From NCBI GenBank assembly GCA_004764695.1, contig SMSO01000032.1:1550001-1614000 (forward strand): a DNA stretch of 64,000 bases. Reading direction: 5' to 3'. Source of the stretch: Schizochytrium sp. TIO01. Taxonomy: Eukaryota; Protista; Bigyra: Labyrinthulomycetes. The notes under the pieces are model-generated. The model saw nothing but the letters and a program-made list of their open reading frames with translations, searched no databases and had not been told where the DNA came from. Numbering within the stretch: position 1 is the first letter of the stretch; every line of letters begins with the position of its first letter. The translations under genes were made by a program, and so were the position numbers. Positions 1 through 11,468 of this stretch are shown one piece after another.

Positions 1-1910
1 GTGCATGACGTCGCCATTACGGCATGAGCTGGCTTTGATTTTTGGTCCTTTGGTGCTAAATTACTATTTTTCTTTTCTTCTTCTCTTTTACAATTTACTT
101 TATTTTTCTTTTCTTTTTTTTACCTTATTTTTTTTTTGTTAATTAAAAATGAAAATTGAAAAAGTAGGAACAACCCCAACTTTCCTCCAAGAGACGCTTG
201 ATCTAAATCAAGTTCTCGCGATGCTCTCCGCGGATCGGGTTGGTTGTGCAAACAGGAAAACATGCAAGATATCACCCGCCTTAGTAAAGGCTAAGGCTAC
301 TTCAATATTGCTATCCTCAATTGTGAGCAAAGTCAACCGAACTCGCACTAAAGAAAAGGGCACAGAACGGCCGGGGACTATAATAAGTTGTCTCCTCGTG
401 CTGCGTATAATAAGTAACTAACACGCTGGGCCACCACGATTTGGATGGATGAATATTTCTTGCTGATTCTAATTTTAAACTAAGTTACTAAAAGATGTAT
501 TTACTAATAGGTGCTTTGTCCTGGTGATCAAAGGTAGTATGCTTCTGCAACGTGGCTTTGGAGACGCCATTCTATAGTCTCATTGGCCAGAATCTTTTAA
601 AAAATTGCATTAAAATGACGATATTAAAAATTTGCAGTAATACTACTTACCAATTGACACTGCTCATTTGGAAGTTAGATATACCCTGCCCCACAGTGAG
701 CAACAGAATACATTTGATCTTTTGTCGTCCGAGTTTACCCAAATATCCACACCATATAGGTTTTTATGCCTATAATGTTCTAGCTGGGACAGCATTGAAG
801 AACGCGTTCTTTACCTATTATTCTCTCTACCAGAAAGACTCACCACACAGAACTTGTGGAACTATTAGAACAAAGGCGGCTGAAGTTTAGCACGGTTGAA
901 GAGTAAGAGTCTAAGTCGGCCCAGTGACAGAATTGGCTTGAGTTTTTATTCAAGCTGAGATACCTCAAGTCGTTCGTGCCTCTGACTGTTAAGAGCGGAG
1001 GTAACTTGGTTGCCTTCTCTACTACTAAACCAGAGCCTGCATTCAGCGGTGAGTCAGAGGTAACTGGAAAATCTCTCAAGCTTGGGTTGAAACTCAAGCC
1101 AAAATAACCACTCATGTGTATGGTGCATCTAGCTTAGCGGCCTACTGAAACATCAGCTTTAACTTCAACCTCGATGCGCTGCGAGTTCGAGTTCTGTATG
1201 CAAATTCACAAAGTACACCGGTATCTAAGGGAAAGAGTTCTGCACTCCCGGTTAAAATCGTTTTTAGAACCAGGGCAGAGCCACAACAATGCTCAAGGAA
1301 GGGGGGGGGGGGTGCGCTATCTTTCTTTCTCTCTTTCTTTCTTTCTTTCTTTCTATGCTGATGGGTTCTTTTGAGTTTGGTCAACTTGAAGAGACAGGGC
1401 ATGTAGGAGCTATCTAGGCAGGCCAGAACCTACTTTGTTCGCCCTGAGTGAGAGACTAGTTTGAAAAAATCCTAAGTCGAAAGGTGGTTTCAGGAGGCAT
1501 TGCCTCTACCTACCTGCTAGGTATTAACTAGGTGCGAGAGTGTTTTTTGGTCGCCGTGATAGAGAAAGGACAGAAGAGAACAGAACAGGACAAAAGAGGA
1601 GAGAACAGAAGGGAAGACTTCTGACCCAGGAAGTGAGTGAAGTGAGGCCGCCCACCTTTTCCTGCCCTTTGTGGCCAAGGCCCACGCCGATCCTTGGAGA
1701 GCGGCATATCCACGAAGCTGCTGTAAGCACGCACGCTCAGGGTGGAGGCGTCCCCGCAAATCAGACAGAGGCACGAAGGAACCAGAGAGGGCGGACGGCT
1801 TTCTTGGACAGTCACGGTTGGCAAGATGTCTAAGGTAGATCGATCTATCTATGCGTCAGTCAGTCAGTTCTCTGTTCCTCGTCACGCTAAGGACACTCAC
1901 TGCCTATGCC

Positions 1911-2127
1911 CACTACTACTACTCCTACTACTCCTACTACTCCTACTCCTACTATTGCAACTAATACTACTAATAGCAATAGTAATAGTAATAGTAATAG
2001 TAATAGTAATAGTAATAGTAATAGTAATAGTAATAGTAATAGTAATAGTAATAGTAATAGTAATAGTAATAGTAATAGTAATAGTAATAGTAATAGTAAT
2101 AGTAATAGTAATAGTAATAGTAATAGT
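1911..2127. repeat. Compound microsatellite: short (CTACTACTC)n followed by ~25 x (AGTAAT)
   Basis: Read directly; it generates the spurious poly-L/poly-IV, poly-IT and poly-SN ORFs. Confidence 0.97.
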
Positions 2128-2855
2128 TAGTAATAATGGGACTCCTACCACTACTCCTACTCTTGCAACCCTAACGGTGGCCACCTCTGTGACTATGATG
2201 GGATGGATGGATCTTTGGAAAGAGATTTCTTTCTTTCTGTCTTTCTTTCTTTCTTTCTTTCTTTATTTGTTGGGACCTGCGGCGGATCTTGGCGAAGGAG
2301 AGAAGATAGAGACGGGAACAGGCGCAGCGGCTGGCTCGAAGACGCGAGTGGAGGTGGGCGGAGCAGGCTGCAACCCACAGGCCGATGAGGCAGCGAGTAT
2401 GCGCAGATCTGACTGACCCTTGCAAACGTGCTGAGACAGACGACCAAACAGAGATCTTGCTTGAGACAAACAAAGAAACGAACGAACGAACTAACTAACC
2501 AACCAGCTAAGAGGGAAAGAAGAAAGATAGATAGATGCGCAGGTACCGATTAGAGTAACTAGATTCCTAAGAGCCTATCAAACAAACAAACAAACAAACA
2601 AATAAACAAGCGATTCTTTCTTTCTTTCGAATAAGGTGGTGGTTATAGGGCAGGTAGTAAGGGGGGCTAGGATAGCTGGCTAAGGGCTACGGTAGAAGAG
2701 ACCGTAGAGGCTCTCTTCTCTCGTCATCCTTTTGCAAAGTTGGTAAGTGGATGACTCAGTTCAGTAGAGCGTCAAGGTTGAAAGTTGTGAGCGCTGTGAA
2801 GCAGAACCGGATTGGCCTGGCAGTTTAGGCGGCGGACAAAGGCCAGCTCGGCGCG

Positions 2856-4514
2856 ATGGAGTGGGCGGGCGGAGCGAAGAAGGCCGTGGTGGTGCTGGTG
2901 GCAGTGGTTGCCTTGAGTGGGTGCTTAGTGCTCCTTGGAGGTTGCCAAGGGAGAAACTGGAATTCTCTGAGGAGTGCTGCGGAAGAAGGCACTGCGAGCG
3001 GAGAGCTCTATGAGTTCTGGGATAAGTACGGGAGCCCTGGGTCGAAGCTAGGAGTGACAAGCGTGGCGCCGGAGCTTGAATGCACGCAAAATGCATCGCA
3101 GCTGCACATTGCCCTTGTGGACGGGCCTGGCAACATGAGCATCTCGTGGACCTGCAAATGCTGGATTGCTCCAAACCAAGATTCGGAAAAATATAGCCTC
3201 AAAAATCTCAAACCTGGCGATTGGGAGGACTCTGAGCTCATAGCCCTGGTGTGGAAAAAGTCAGCTGGCAAAGAGAAAGCCTGGAAGGTTGGAGCAACTC
3301 GCAAACGCTACTTCATGAATTGGCATTATCGTGCACTCGCAACAAACCTCGAGTCTAACGAGGTATACTGTTACGAGGTAGGGCAAGCTGGAGACTGCTT
3401 TAAGACAGAGAGTACGGAGAGCCGCAAACCACAGGGCGTGCATTTTGCCTCACTTGGAGACATGGGAACCAATAACTCGATGGGCACAATAGCAGGACTC
3501 CTTCGTCGGAAAGAGTCCTATGACTTTGTCGTTCATGGTGGAGATATTGCATATGGAGATGACCTGGGTTTCATTCCTGACTTTGATAATCTTAACCCTA
3601 CTGAATACGGCCATGGGCCCCTTGGCTATGATCTTATCTATGATCAATTCATGAGCCAAATTGAGCCTCTTGCCGGTTCTGTGCCATACATGGTTGGAGT
3701 GGGGAACCATGATGTAAGCTGCGATATCTTTGTAGACATTGTATGCCCACAAGGCCAGAGAAATTTCTCTGCTTATCGCACTCGTTTTCGCATGCCCTCT
3801 GAGGAGAGTGGAGCTCATGGTGCCGATAGTATGTGGTACAGTTTTAACTATGGCAATGTTCACATCGCCATGATTGATACTGAAAGCGATTACTTCGGTG
3901 CACCTACACAATCTTGGACTCGTGTTGGGGGTGGGAGAGGTGGTGGATTTGGTGACCAGATCGCATGGTTTGAGAACGATATGGCTCTCGCAAGCCAAAA
4001 CCCTAACATCGACTGGATCGTAGTTGTTGGGCATCGCCCCCTTTACTCCTCAAAACCTGCCCTTCTGGATTTCCCTCCCATCTCGATCCTAGCGCTTCGA
4101 GCTTCCGTTGAGGAAACAATGAATAAGTACAAGGTTGACCTGTACATTGGTGCCCATATTCATATCTACGAGCGCCTTGGGCCTATTTCTCACGGAAAAC
4201 GCTGTGAAGGATATCCCTCTACAACTAACGATCCATATTTGGAGCCTGCGTGCCCTGTTTATCTTGTAAACGGTGCAGCAGGGAACTGTGAGACTGCAGA
4301 GAAACAAGGAATCGATCCATCTGATGTTGTAAGCGGCGTTTATAAAGAGTATGGTTTTGCCGATGTCCATGTTCACAACTCAACACATCTTGAGTGGACA
4401 TATTTCGTCACAACTGATGGAAAGGATGATGAGCGTGATTCTTTTTGGATCGTCAAGTCTGCGCCCCAGACAACTTCTCTTGAGAAAACAGAGATTCTCA
4501 AGGCTGAATCATAA
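2856..4514 (+). CDS. Purple acid phosphatase (secreted or membrane-anchored metallophosphoesterase)
   Basis: All five PAP metal-ligand blocks are present: GDMG, GDIAY, GNHD, VVGHRP, GAHIHIYER; N-terminal hydrophobic segment; FN3-like region (YCYEVG); C-terminal YGF...NSTHL. Confidence 0.93.
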   Translation: MEWAGGAKKAVVVLVAVVALSGCLVLLGGCQGRNWNSLRSAAEEGTASGELYEFWDKYGSPGSKLGVTSVAPELECTQNASQLHIALVDGPGNMSISWTCKCWIAPNQDSEKYSLKNLKPGDWEDSELIALVWKKSAGKEKAWKVGATRKRYFMNWHYRALATNLESNEVYCYEVGQAGDCFKTESTESRKPQGVHFASLGDMGTNNSMGTIAGLLRRKESYDFVVHGGDIAYGDDLGFIPDFDNLNPTEYGHGPLGYDLIYDQFMSQIEPLAGSVPYMVGVGNHDVSCDIFVDIVCPQGQRNFSAYRTRFRMPSEESGAHGADSMWYSFNYGNVHIAMIDTESDYFGAPTQSWTRVGGGRGGGFGDQIAWFENDMALASQNPNIDWIVVVGHRPLYSSKPALLDFPPISILALRASVEETMNKYKVDLYIGAHIHIYERLGPISHGKRCEGYPSTTNDPYLEPACPVYLVNGAAGNCETAEKQGIDPSDVVSGVYKEYGFADVHVHNSTHLEWTYFVTTDGKDDERDSFWIVKSAPQTTSLEKTEILKAES

Positions 4515-4819
4515 CAGATTTGACCGCACAGTGTTGTCATTGTAATTATTCCATTTTCTCTATGCCCTATAGGGTTGTAGCTCAGGCGTGTAAATATCTC
4601 TTCAAGTTCGATTTTCATGCGCAGTTCCCACTTTTAATGGAGCTTTTTGCGTGGATATGTTTAAGCAATAGTATGATAATATACAATTAAGCCTTGTTTT
4701 GGGCGCAGTCGTTTTATTTTAAAGAGACGCCGTAATAATTTTATATGTAGACAATTTCTTTGTTGATAGTCGTCAAAAAAAAGTGGATATGATTTTCACA
4801 TCAACATACTAAGGTCTCT

Positions 4820-7708
4820 TCAAACTATCTCTGATGATGAAAGACCTCGTAAAAGACGTGGTCTAGGTGCTAATGGCGGTGGTATATCAAGGGAACCTTC
4901 GCTCCCATGGCATGGGAATGATGAGCACGGCAACAAGTGAGCAGAAGAGAAAGACCTCAATAGGTCTTTAGTCTTGGTTAGCGGCGTATTGTTATCAAAG
5001 CTTCTTTGATGATCTGCTGCGCTATCGAAGTCTGAAGCCTCTTCACGTTCAAGCTGGGCACATGAAGAATTTTCTATCTCTGGTCTGAAAGGACGATCCT
5101 GCTGGATACTTTTACGTCTATTTGGAAGGCGCGGTGGAAGCTGCGGTGGAACTTTTATGGAAGATACAGAACTTCGAACTTCTAAAGCTCCTTTTGTGAC
5201 TGTAGTCAACGTCTCACCACAATTCTGCAATTTTCGCACTGACTGGGGTAAACTAGATGAATCGAGCGCGTTTTGCGACTTACCTGGGGCCTTTGCAGTA
5301 GCAGTAAACCCAGTTGATGAGACTATGATGTCAGCATGTGATGTGGTAGACCTTAAACTGCAAAAATCTATCATTGAGGTAGAGGAATGTTTGATGCTTA
5401 GCGAGTGTGAACGCCCCGCTATTGAACTTTCTCTTGTAGGGATTAGCAAAGCACATTCTGAGGCATGCCGCCTTACAATAGGCGGCTTTGGTGGTAATGG
5501 TGGAGGTACTGATAAAGCCTCCGGACGATCCCAGCTTACTTCTTTGGTATGGATGTTCCAAAAGTAGGCTTCTCCATCTGCATCGCGTGCTTCTCGCCAA
5601 TCGGAAGGAAGAGATGATACCGTTAAAGGCGAAGCGAGGTCGAAAGGGTAGCCAGCGGTTGATGCACTCGAGAACGAAGCTTCAGAACTCAAAGAACTAC
5701 GATTATCATCAGTGCTGTAATCATCAAGATGTGAAACGCCCCCTGTAATAAATTGAACTGATAGTGGACGAGAAGCAAGTTCATGTGCACCTCGAAGAGA
5801 GCCATAACCTCGATTCAAACGGTCCGAAGATTGCGAATCTGAATAATTGGAACCATCAGGATGACTTTCGCTCCTTATGTGCCCTGGCCCACCAGATATA
5901 GAAGCCTTGGATAAATTAAGCGACGAACTTCCACAGAATGTTGAAATCATTGTTGGCATACTCTCGCGGCGTCGTAGTTCTGTACCAAGCCTCTCATCTA
6001 GATCACCTGTATCGCTCGCTGATACAGAGGAAAAGGCACTCTCTGTAAGTTGCGAAAAGCATTTTTGACAAACCCGTTTCAGTTTACTTTGCTTTAGATT
6101 TTGTAGACGCCAACGGTGAGGTGAACATTTGTCACATACAATGATGCCACATCGGCGGCACTGATAGCGCCTACGAAGATAGGTGAATTCAATCAAGCAT
6201 AGAGTGCACGAGCTCACGTCTGCACCAGAACTACGTACAGGCGCATGCTCTACATGACGCGATGTATTCAATTCTTTTGTTCCAGGTTGCACTAAATAGT
6301 CGAAATCAGATACGGAAGAGTTACGCCCGTCGGAGGAAGCAGATCCTATGAAAACAAGCTTTGCTCCAGCACGAATCTGACTAACACGTTGCCGCTCGGC
6401 AATATTTTCACAAATCTCTTCCACCCACTGGTCCCGCTCTTTTACACTAGAGGCGATAATTTTGAAAGATTTTGTAGGGCTCAAGACCTGCAGCTGTGGT
6501 TCTCCTGTTGTAGAACTTTCGCATGCCGAGGCCTCAGCTAACGAGAGATCAATCGTTCGATGATAGCGGTAGAATTCTTTACGACGAGGGTTTCCTGTGC
6601 GATTAACATTTAAATTTGGAATTGGAATTTGACTACCATAAATGAGGATGTCATTAAATAACACAAACAGAGACAGTTTTGTCTTCCGTTTGCAGACCTT
6701 TCGTAGAACAGCCTCGCGAATAAACCAGCGCTGTGGAGAAACGAGAGAAATGCTATTTCCAAACTTAGCCTGTACCGCAAGAACTGCATTGCGACGTTCG
6801 TGGTCACGAAGGTTATCGTTGATACTCTTTGCCACACTTGAAATTTTGCCTAACGCTGACACAATACCAGCGTGCTCAGGATGGGTAGCATCTGTTTGTC
6901 GTAAAAGCTCTTTAAGTAGAAGCTCGTATCGCGGGACTCGTTGCACAGGTAAAATCAAATAGCTGTCCAAGCTGCATGATGCGCATTCAGGTAAAGTCTC
7001 ACAACGTAAGCAAAACGCCTTAAATGCCGGTCTTTCTAATAGCATGCGATGAGTCTCAAGGGCTCTGTGGTGACTGTTTACGTATGATGTGTATAGTTTA
7101 AACAGTGGTGCAAGGCTAGAAAACATCGAACCTATATGCTCGTCAAGTTTACCACGTTCCATATATATTGTCATATCACCGTACACCTTCTCGCTTATCC
7201 GCAAAACTGCCTCAACATCAGAAAAGAGAGCATGCACTTCATCAAGATTAAGCATAGGCGTGATGCTGCGGGCATCTAGACGAAGTGGACTGACGTACAC
7301 TTTAACTAACGTTTTAAGATTATTCAAATACGAGCGCTCCGTGGCATATAATTCTCGCACAACTTTTTGCCTCGCTGAAAGACTCTTGTCATTAATAAAG
7401 CTAGATGCGGGTACCTCATTCGCAGCATTCGTAGAAAGGTGATCTCTATATTCTCGCATAGCTACTTCCCTTGCTAAACCCCTCTTACCATTATTCAAGC
7501 TCGTGTCATTCTCGACATCCCGTCGTAGGTAATGTGCCTCATGAAGGTCTAATCCTGAAGTACTCGTTGACCTCAGCGAGTGCGTATCTTGAAGGTCCTC
7601 ATGGCAGTTCATGACAGCTTTGCCGGGTTTCACCGATGAGAAATCACACTCAGAGTTATGGATCCCATCCAATGACTTTGTCAAGGGTTCTGACATGATA
7701 TAATGCAT
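4820..7708 (-). CDS. FGD-like RhoGEF: DH-PH-FYVE-WW with proline-rich tail
   Basis: DH (RELYATERSYL, YLILPVQRVPRYELLL), PH (LFVLFNDILIY, ERDQW), FYVE-type Cys pattern (CTLC..CRRCGIIVCDKC..RVCQKC), WW (LPSDWREARDADGEAYFWNIHTKEVSWDRP), PPPLPPKP motifs. Confidence 0.92.
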   Translation of the reverse strand: MHYIMSEPLTKSLDGIHNSECDFSSVKPGKAVMNCHEDLQDTHSLRSTSTSGLDLHEAHYLRRDVENDTSLNNGKRGLAREVAMREYRDHLSTNAANEVPASSFINDKSLSARQKVVRELYATERSYLNNLKTLVKVYVSPLRLDARSITPMLNLDEVHALFSDVEAVLRISEKVYGDMTIYMERGKLDEHIGSMFSSLAPLFKLYTSYVNSHHRALETHRMLLERPAFKAFCLRCETLPECASCSLDSYLILPVQRVPRYELLLKELLRQTDATHPEHAGIVSALGKISSVAKSINDNLRDHERRNAVLAVQAKFGNSISLVSPQRWFIREAVLRKVCKRKTKLSLFVLFNDILIYGSQIPIPNLNVNRTGNPRRKEFYRYHRTIDLSLAEASACESSTTGEPQLQVLSPTKSFKIIASSVKERDQWVEEICENIAERQRVSQIRAGAKLVFIGSASSDGRNSSVSDFDYLVQPGTKELNTSRHVEHAPVRSSGADVSSCTLCLIEFTYLRRRYQCRRCGIIVCDKCSPHRWRLQNLKQSKLKRVCQKCFSQLTESAFSSVSASDTGDLDERLGTELRRRESMPTMISTFCGSSSLNLSKASISGGPGHIRSESHPDGSNYSDSQSSDRLNRGYGSLRGAHELASRPLSVQFITGGVSHLDDYSTDDNRSSLSSEASFSSASTAGYPFDLASPLTVSSLPSDWREARDADGEAYFWNIHTKEVSWDRPEALSVPPPLPPKPPIVRRHASECALLIPTRESSIAGRSHSLSIKHSSTSMIDFCSLRSTTSHADIIVSSTGFTATAKAPGKSQNALDSSSLPQSVRKLQNCGETLTTVTKGALEVRSSVSSIKVPPQLPPRLPNRRKSIQQDRPFRPEIENSSCAQLEREEASDFDSAADHQRSFDNNTPLTKTKDLLRSFSSAHLLPCSSFPCHGSEGSLDIPPPLAPRPRLLRGLSSSEIV

Positions 7709-10352
7709 GCGTAATAGATATGTTAGGTACGACTTTTAATCTGCGCCGTGCTCCTCAAGCGATAATTGCGTGCCTCAAGATGGTTATAAGGAAAAGTATC
7801 TGCAATGGATGTTTGTCTCCTCTCGTATATAAAACGCTCAAACTTTGTGCACTCAATGCATGCAGCGATATCCCTGACTGCGTGACAAGGTCTTGGTGGA
7901 AGGTGGTCGCTTAGTCCGGGAGGTTTGCTGTGTCCCAATGCGAGATTGCTATCACGACAGGAAAGCCCCAACAATCAAAGCGTAATTTTGGGATAGAAAA
8001 GGTCTGGGTACCGTGGGGGCCTTTGTCTTTGGGTTTGGCAATGCTACTTACACTCAAAGTTTTGTTATTAATAAGATTGGCATGCCTGAATTAGGTTAGT
8101 ATGTTTGAAAGCTACTGCTTAGAAAATCCATAATTAAAGAATGTTTCTTTTTTTACATGGACAGCTTTTGTATTGATGGACTCAATTTTGCGGGAGCGCC
8201 CTGATAGCACGAGAAATATTTTAGTGGAGTGGATTGTGCCTCGAGGTTGTGTCATTTGTCGTAACCGTTTTTGAGGCTTTCGATGTAATGAAAAGTATCT
8301 TACGAAACAGTTCTCGCTTTTGCTTTTGCTGGTCAACCATCCCATCTTCAGAAAAATAAACTCTCATTTGCTCAAAGGAGCCATCAAAGTCTAGCGAGGA
8401 AGTTACCTCCTATTCTACGAGAAGCTCAGTCTCTTAATTCTGGCAAGACCCTCCCAAGTACAGCTACGACCTTCATGATACCAGGTCTCAAAATATCAAC
8501 TTACAAGGAGGCTATATATATTACATCATATTTTACTGTACTTCTTTAGAAATAGATGAGACCGAGGCGCTTTTTCACAAACTCTAGCTACACACTTATT
8601 TTGACCTTGATAGCATAAATGACCTGCTCTAAAGGCTGTCTCAAGGCCTACAGCTCTTTGCCGTTGACCAGTAAGTTCTACATCTTCTCGACGAGCCGCT
8701 TATATAGCCTTTTAAGTGCCAATTTTGAGCCATCTCCAGAAGGTTGTCCGCCTCATGCCACTACTCCCTCGGGCTGGTGAAAGGTGTGTGATTGTATTTA
8801 TTTCTAAGGTATGTACTATTACCTAACTAGCAAGTGCTTGAGCTGGCCAAGGGTAGGTAGAAGAGCACGAGGCCGCATGTCTGGTTGTCAGAACGCCCTT
8901 TAGAGTGAAGGTGACGATTATGGAGGTCAGAACCGAGCGACTGTAAACGTTAAATTCTCACTTAGTCATACAATTGATAGATTGTTATCTCAACTTTTGG
9001 ACTTCACAGCGAGGAATAAGAAATGATATCATATAATAAAAAGCAAATTTACCTAAAAACAAAGGGATTTAATCAAAGAACATTTATCTATCTAAAAGTT
9101 CTTCAGACGTCTCAGCTCACAGTGAAGTTAGCTATGGGTCGAGCTTTAATGAACTAAATTGAGACGTACATTCCAATAGAATAAGCGGCTTATAAGGATG
9201 AAATAGCCAATTCCTAACCTGCGCGATTTCCAATGGGAGGGATTATCAAGATAATTTAAAATCTTAATATTATTCCCTTTAAAAATAAAAAATAAAACAA
9301 GGGAAAAATTATGCCTCCTCCCTAGAGAAAAGAAAACTTATGTTGCGCTTGCTTTTTATTTTTTTAATAGGAGTTTAGGAATCGCTTTTTGTATTGCTTT
9401 TCCCGTGACTGCTGTAAGTCGTCTTCAACAAAACCTCAAAAGCTGTGGAATCGGATAGATACAGATATAGATAGATAGCCTAGTTTAGAGAAATCATCCA
9501 CCGGCGAATTGCATGCTCTCCTTAGTAAATGGAGGTCCATTTCTGAAGTTTAATTGTTGCGATAGTGTACTGCACTATCCTGCAAGGCTGCCAGAGTGTA
9601 GGCCTATGCCCAGTTTTAACTGCGAATATTGTACAAATGGCTGTTCATCAACAACATAGCAGAGTGCGGTAGGAGATCTCCAGAGCTAGTGGTGTACTTT
9701 GAAATTTGAAGTGCGATATTAGAGTGCATATATAGTAAATTAGCATGGCTTGTGTGAATAGGCGCGGGAGTAACTGTTATACGCTAGGTAAACTCATGTA
9801 AGCAACAAGGCCTTCCACAGTCCTGAAACTTGGTAACATCAGACCCTGTCCTTATCTGCTGGTGTTATAAAAGAATGAACCTCAACATACTACTGGGATA
9901 CTGTAAATGCTTAGAGTAAGTCTGCCACCCAATCTCATGAGTCCTTTTTCAAATTTTCTGAAGTCTTTTTGGCTTCACTTTGAGATGAGGTGACCTGCTG
10001 GTCAAGGAATTTACGAAGAAATTTAATCTGCTTGAGAATCAGCTCCCAAACTAAATACCAAGCTGATTTTTCCAATGTATAAGATTCAGATGACCACAAA
10101 AGAGAGAAGTTAGTATAAGTTGACTGTCCGATAGATTGGTGTCATACAAAACGCTACTTCTACCTGACCAGGCGCAATTGAATTCATTGTTCTCTCAGAG
10201 AACCGAATTGATTCCTATTGAAGACTCTAGATGAGAACAAAGTCAGAACCCCTCCTCTAAGGACGCTGCGTTCAAGAGAAATACAGAAAGAGTTTTTGAG
10301 AGGTAGATTGCTTCTCCGACAACTTTCACCAAATCTAAGGAATTATTCCACC

Positions 10353-10628
10353 TCAATAATTCATTCTGGACCAAGTTCTAATTAACGTACCTGCCACAAT
10401 AACAGAGAGCGTAAGCATGATGCCGAGACCAACGTAAAGTTTCGCAGCCCAAGATAAGGTCACATTATCCACATTGTCGTTCTCTGGTGAAGTCACCGTC
10501 ACCCGTTGTTTCTGCAGGGATGATCCTGAAAGGCTACTGCTAAACTCGTCCGCCAGAGCCTGAACAGTTACAACGCTTGCATAAAATAAAGCCAAGGTCA
10601 ATTGCAAAAAAGATGCAAGCCCAGGCAT
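10353..10628 (-). CDS. Small (91 aa) predicted type I membrane protein
   Basis: From ATG 10628: signal peptide (MPGLASFLQLTLALFYASVVTVQA), Ser-rich ectodomain with NVT sequon, TM helix (LYVGLGIMLTLSVIVAGTLI), short basic tail; no recognised family. Confidence 0.6.
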   Translation of the reverse strand: MPGLASFLQLTLALFYASVVTVQALADEFSSSLSGSSLQKQRVTVTSPENDNVDNVTLSWAAKLYVGLGIMLTLSVIVAGTLIRTWSRMNY

Positions 10629-11468
10629 TTCCCTGACGTGTTTCAGTGTTTCCAAACTTTTTCTTTTGGTGCGCGCCGTGGACGTGTCAGAAAGGGTATA
10701 TTTACGTTCTGCGTGTTCGTGGGAGCACCAGGGCCCCAAACGGCCATCCAGCTGCAAAGACCACGTTCACACGCACGGAGCTCCTGAGGTGTGGCAGAGA
10801 CAGCTCAAGGAAACTGGGTCGAAGGCAAGCGTTGACAGCCGCCAAAGATAGGCAAGTGTTATTCCTGTTCTGCAGGATGCATGCAAGGAGTTGAGGAGCA
10901 CTGGAGTATTTCTTACTACTAGGATAAGTGGTATTACTAAGGGCGACAGTAGATAAGAGGAAATTCTTCTTCAAAATGATACCACATTTGGTCATGCACA
11001 AGCTCCAACATTTCTCACTCTCCAGGGTTTCCTCGAAGCTCTCTATAAGAAACTAATGCACGTGATTGTCCTTTTTCGCAATCATTATCAACATCTTTAC
11101 CATCTGTTCAATCAGCGCATCTTCTTTGTCACAAAGTCGTCATTGAGCGCGCAACTCTTGGAACTCTTGGAACTCTTAGAATATGTCTATTTTTCAATTT
11201 AAAAACAGAACAAAACAAAACAAAAACAGAAACAGCCTGAAGTTTTAAAAAAGAACGGTTCCGGGGATAGAGAACGAATACTACCATAGCGAACGTAATA
11301 CAAAGAAAGCAAGGTACAGAGTAGAGTTCAAGTTGAATCAAACCCTGGTTTTGGACCTCGCGAACCCTCAAATTGCTCGTGACGTGCGGGCAAAGCACGG
11401 CTGGGGCGTGCTAGAGGCGCGCGGAGGCGCATAGAAGGTCCCGGGCCAACGCAGAAGTCCCTCGGGCT

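Noticed and set aside
1978-2127. (AGTAAT)n as a telomere or CRISPR-like array
   Set aside because: No G-run telomeric unit, no spacers, internal location
1742-2416. 224-aa poly-L/poly-IV ORF and overlapping ORFs
   Set aside because: Translation of microsatellites
7750-10300. Possible transposon remnant in the long spacer
   Set aside because: No long ORF, terminal repeats or transposase/RT motifs recognisable by eye
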